NCBI GenBank assembly: GCA_030704615.1
Contig: CM060733.1
Span: 25,358,001 to 25,422,000, forward strand
Direction: 5' to 3'
DNA length: 64,000 nucleotides
From: Takakia lepidozioides
Taxonomy: Eukaryota > Plantae > Bryophyta
The translations under genes were made by a program, and so were the position numbers. The notes beneath the pieces were generated by a model, which saw only the letters and a program-made list of their open reading frames with translations, made no database searches and had not been told where the DNA came from. Positions 62,901 through 64,000 of this stretch are shown piece after piece; within the stretch, counting starts at the first letter, position 1, and every line of letters starts with the position of its first letter.

Positions 62901-64000
62901 AAGACCTTGTACAATTTGTTTGTATGATGAGTTCAAATTGGTCACACATGGGTCAACACAAGGAGTGCACCCATTATTGTGTATACCTTTGGACTGTCTG
63001 GCTTGCAGTCCTAGAGTGACTTTCAACAGACATTCACCCTTTTTCTTAGAAACTAGGATTCTGGGATTAGCCATAATGGTTTTCCAGTTTGGTTTTGATG
63101 GTTCCCTGAGCTGTGAGAACAGTAAAGTCCCGTTCTTTTCTAGCATTCAGCACAACGTGAGCAACAAACCTTATTGATGGTTTTCACGTGTGTCATGATA
63201 TACTCGGAAGTTGCTGAGGAAAAAGGACCCAATGGAAGCTGGGATTCGGCAGTCGCGCCGTGAGCTACATGAGATGGAGCGTCACCAGGTATAGTGGGTC
63301 AGGTTAAAACTCAGCTCCCTCCACTATGCCAACACATTTGTACACAAACTTTTGCCTCTTGTCTAGCTGAATTGGGTAGGTTGTGTGCTCTCTCTATCTC
63401 TGTATGCTGTCCTGAAACATCCAGCCCATCAGTCTCAGACAGTTAGAGTTGCAGAACATTCCACCTACACTTGCAACTTGTGAGAATACATTGTCTCATT
63501 ACTTGACGCTCAAATGAAAATACACGAGGGATGCAAGCAAGAGACTTCTGTCAAGAAGTTATAAAAATATTACGCTTTCGACCAATCACCTTTCAAAGGA
63601 CAAACCTTGGCATTCATTTCGTAATTGTGATGTAGTACAGCTGCAGAAAATTGTAATCCTCTTCTGTTATTTGTATTGATCGTGGGCAAAATTATGAGCC
63701 ATGTTTGACTGCTTCAAAAGACAAGAGAGAATGGTTGTATCATCACAATTATACCTGACCTGCCTTATGTGCAAAGCACAATGTTGCCAAGTACTTAAAG
63801 ATTGCATTGTTTCTATGTACACCCATGCCTCCAGGCAGGCAATATCAGGGATATGAAGGAGGCAGATGAGGTGGAAAAGAACCTGAAGGAAAGACTTGTA
63901 GTGCAAGAGGTGCAGTTGAAGCATTTGCACGACAAGCTCCTTGAGCGGGAAATATATATCAACACCTTCACACAAAAGTTGTGTTGTATCATTAAGGAGA
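47949..64000 (+). CDS. CFAP57: CFAP57/WDR65-like cilia- and flagella-associated WD40 plus coiled-coil protein; more than 20 exons, continues past the window end
   Basis: Exons HIFGFSG, RVSVNPKDN, DHIWLIDNSIAVATADG, DVCLHRMLIVTCGKDNVVRLWSY, WSPSGHLVA, GHMGVVTSLAWSAD..SAGIDGAVYSW..SECVIKG and coiled-coil NKEQENMRLVYDFKIQQ are colinear with CFAP57. The start exon (47949-48052) is inferred from phase. It may be a divergent paralog. Confidence 0.8.
48220..48272 (-). repeat. 5'-truncated LINE 3' end with (CATTT)n tail, intronic
   Basis: Reverse complement of TCTTTGAGCTTTCCGCGGACCTTATAAAGTACCATTTCATTTCATTTC. Confidence 0.75.
49550..49920 (+). mobile_element. Degenerate LINE fragment (post-RT region), intronic
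   Basis: FKYL...DLEAEVSKAMSEA. It shares TGGCCACAAGGCTAC.GCAAACAACG with 53353 and, approximately, with ~3000 on the minus strand. Confidence 0.45.
53350..53915 (+). mobile_element. LINE 3' end, same family as 2950-3870, intronic
   Basis: SLRIETGR...ETESEEHLFFHCPLY...CLAAYLHEAW, then a duplicated AAGCTCTTTGAGCT...AAAGTACCATTT tail. Confidence 0.8.
59228..59535 (+). repeat. Two tandem LINE 3'-UTR copies, intronic
   Basis: CCCTTAGACAA.CCCTCGAGCAGTAGTT...CCATAAGCTCTTTGAGCTTTCC.CGGACGTTATAAAGTACCATTT occurs twice. Confidence 0.8.

Overview
Eukaryotic, intron-rich nuclear DNA from a land plant. An NPR-family gene together with a CFAP57-like flagellar gene suggests a lineage with motile sperm, such as a bryophyte, lycophyte or fern (inference). 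Host genes from left to right: a small RING-HC gene (-), CPSFL1-like chloroplast Sec14 (+), a plastid UbiE-type methyltransferase (-), LigB/DODA-like dioxygenase 1 (-), an NPR-like gene (+, head-to-head with LigB1), LigB dioxygenase 2 (+), and a CFAP57/WDR65-like gene (+) that runs off the right end. Positions 26.7-45 kb form a transposon nest. A non-autonomous Helitron is split by a ~17.6 kb MULE-like element, which contains a piggyBac-type MITE, an L1 ORF1 interrupted by a TA-MITE, and the main find: an ~11.5 kb Ty3/Gypsy-type element on the minus strand. Its pol carries a DNMT3-like cytosine-C5 methyltransferase (motifs I, IV, VI, VIII, IX and X readable across frameshifts) between protease and RT, plus a PHD finger after the integrase. 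The element also has an extra upstream ORF, captured host exons, a candidate self-priming site instead of a tRNA PBS, and split-direct-repeat termini (X-internal-Y-X-Y) joined by a 10-bp palindrome. All family assignments come from motif recognition by eye; no searches were run.
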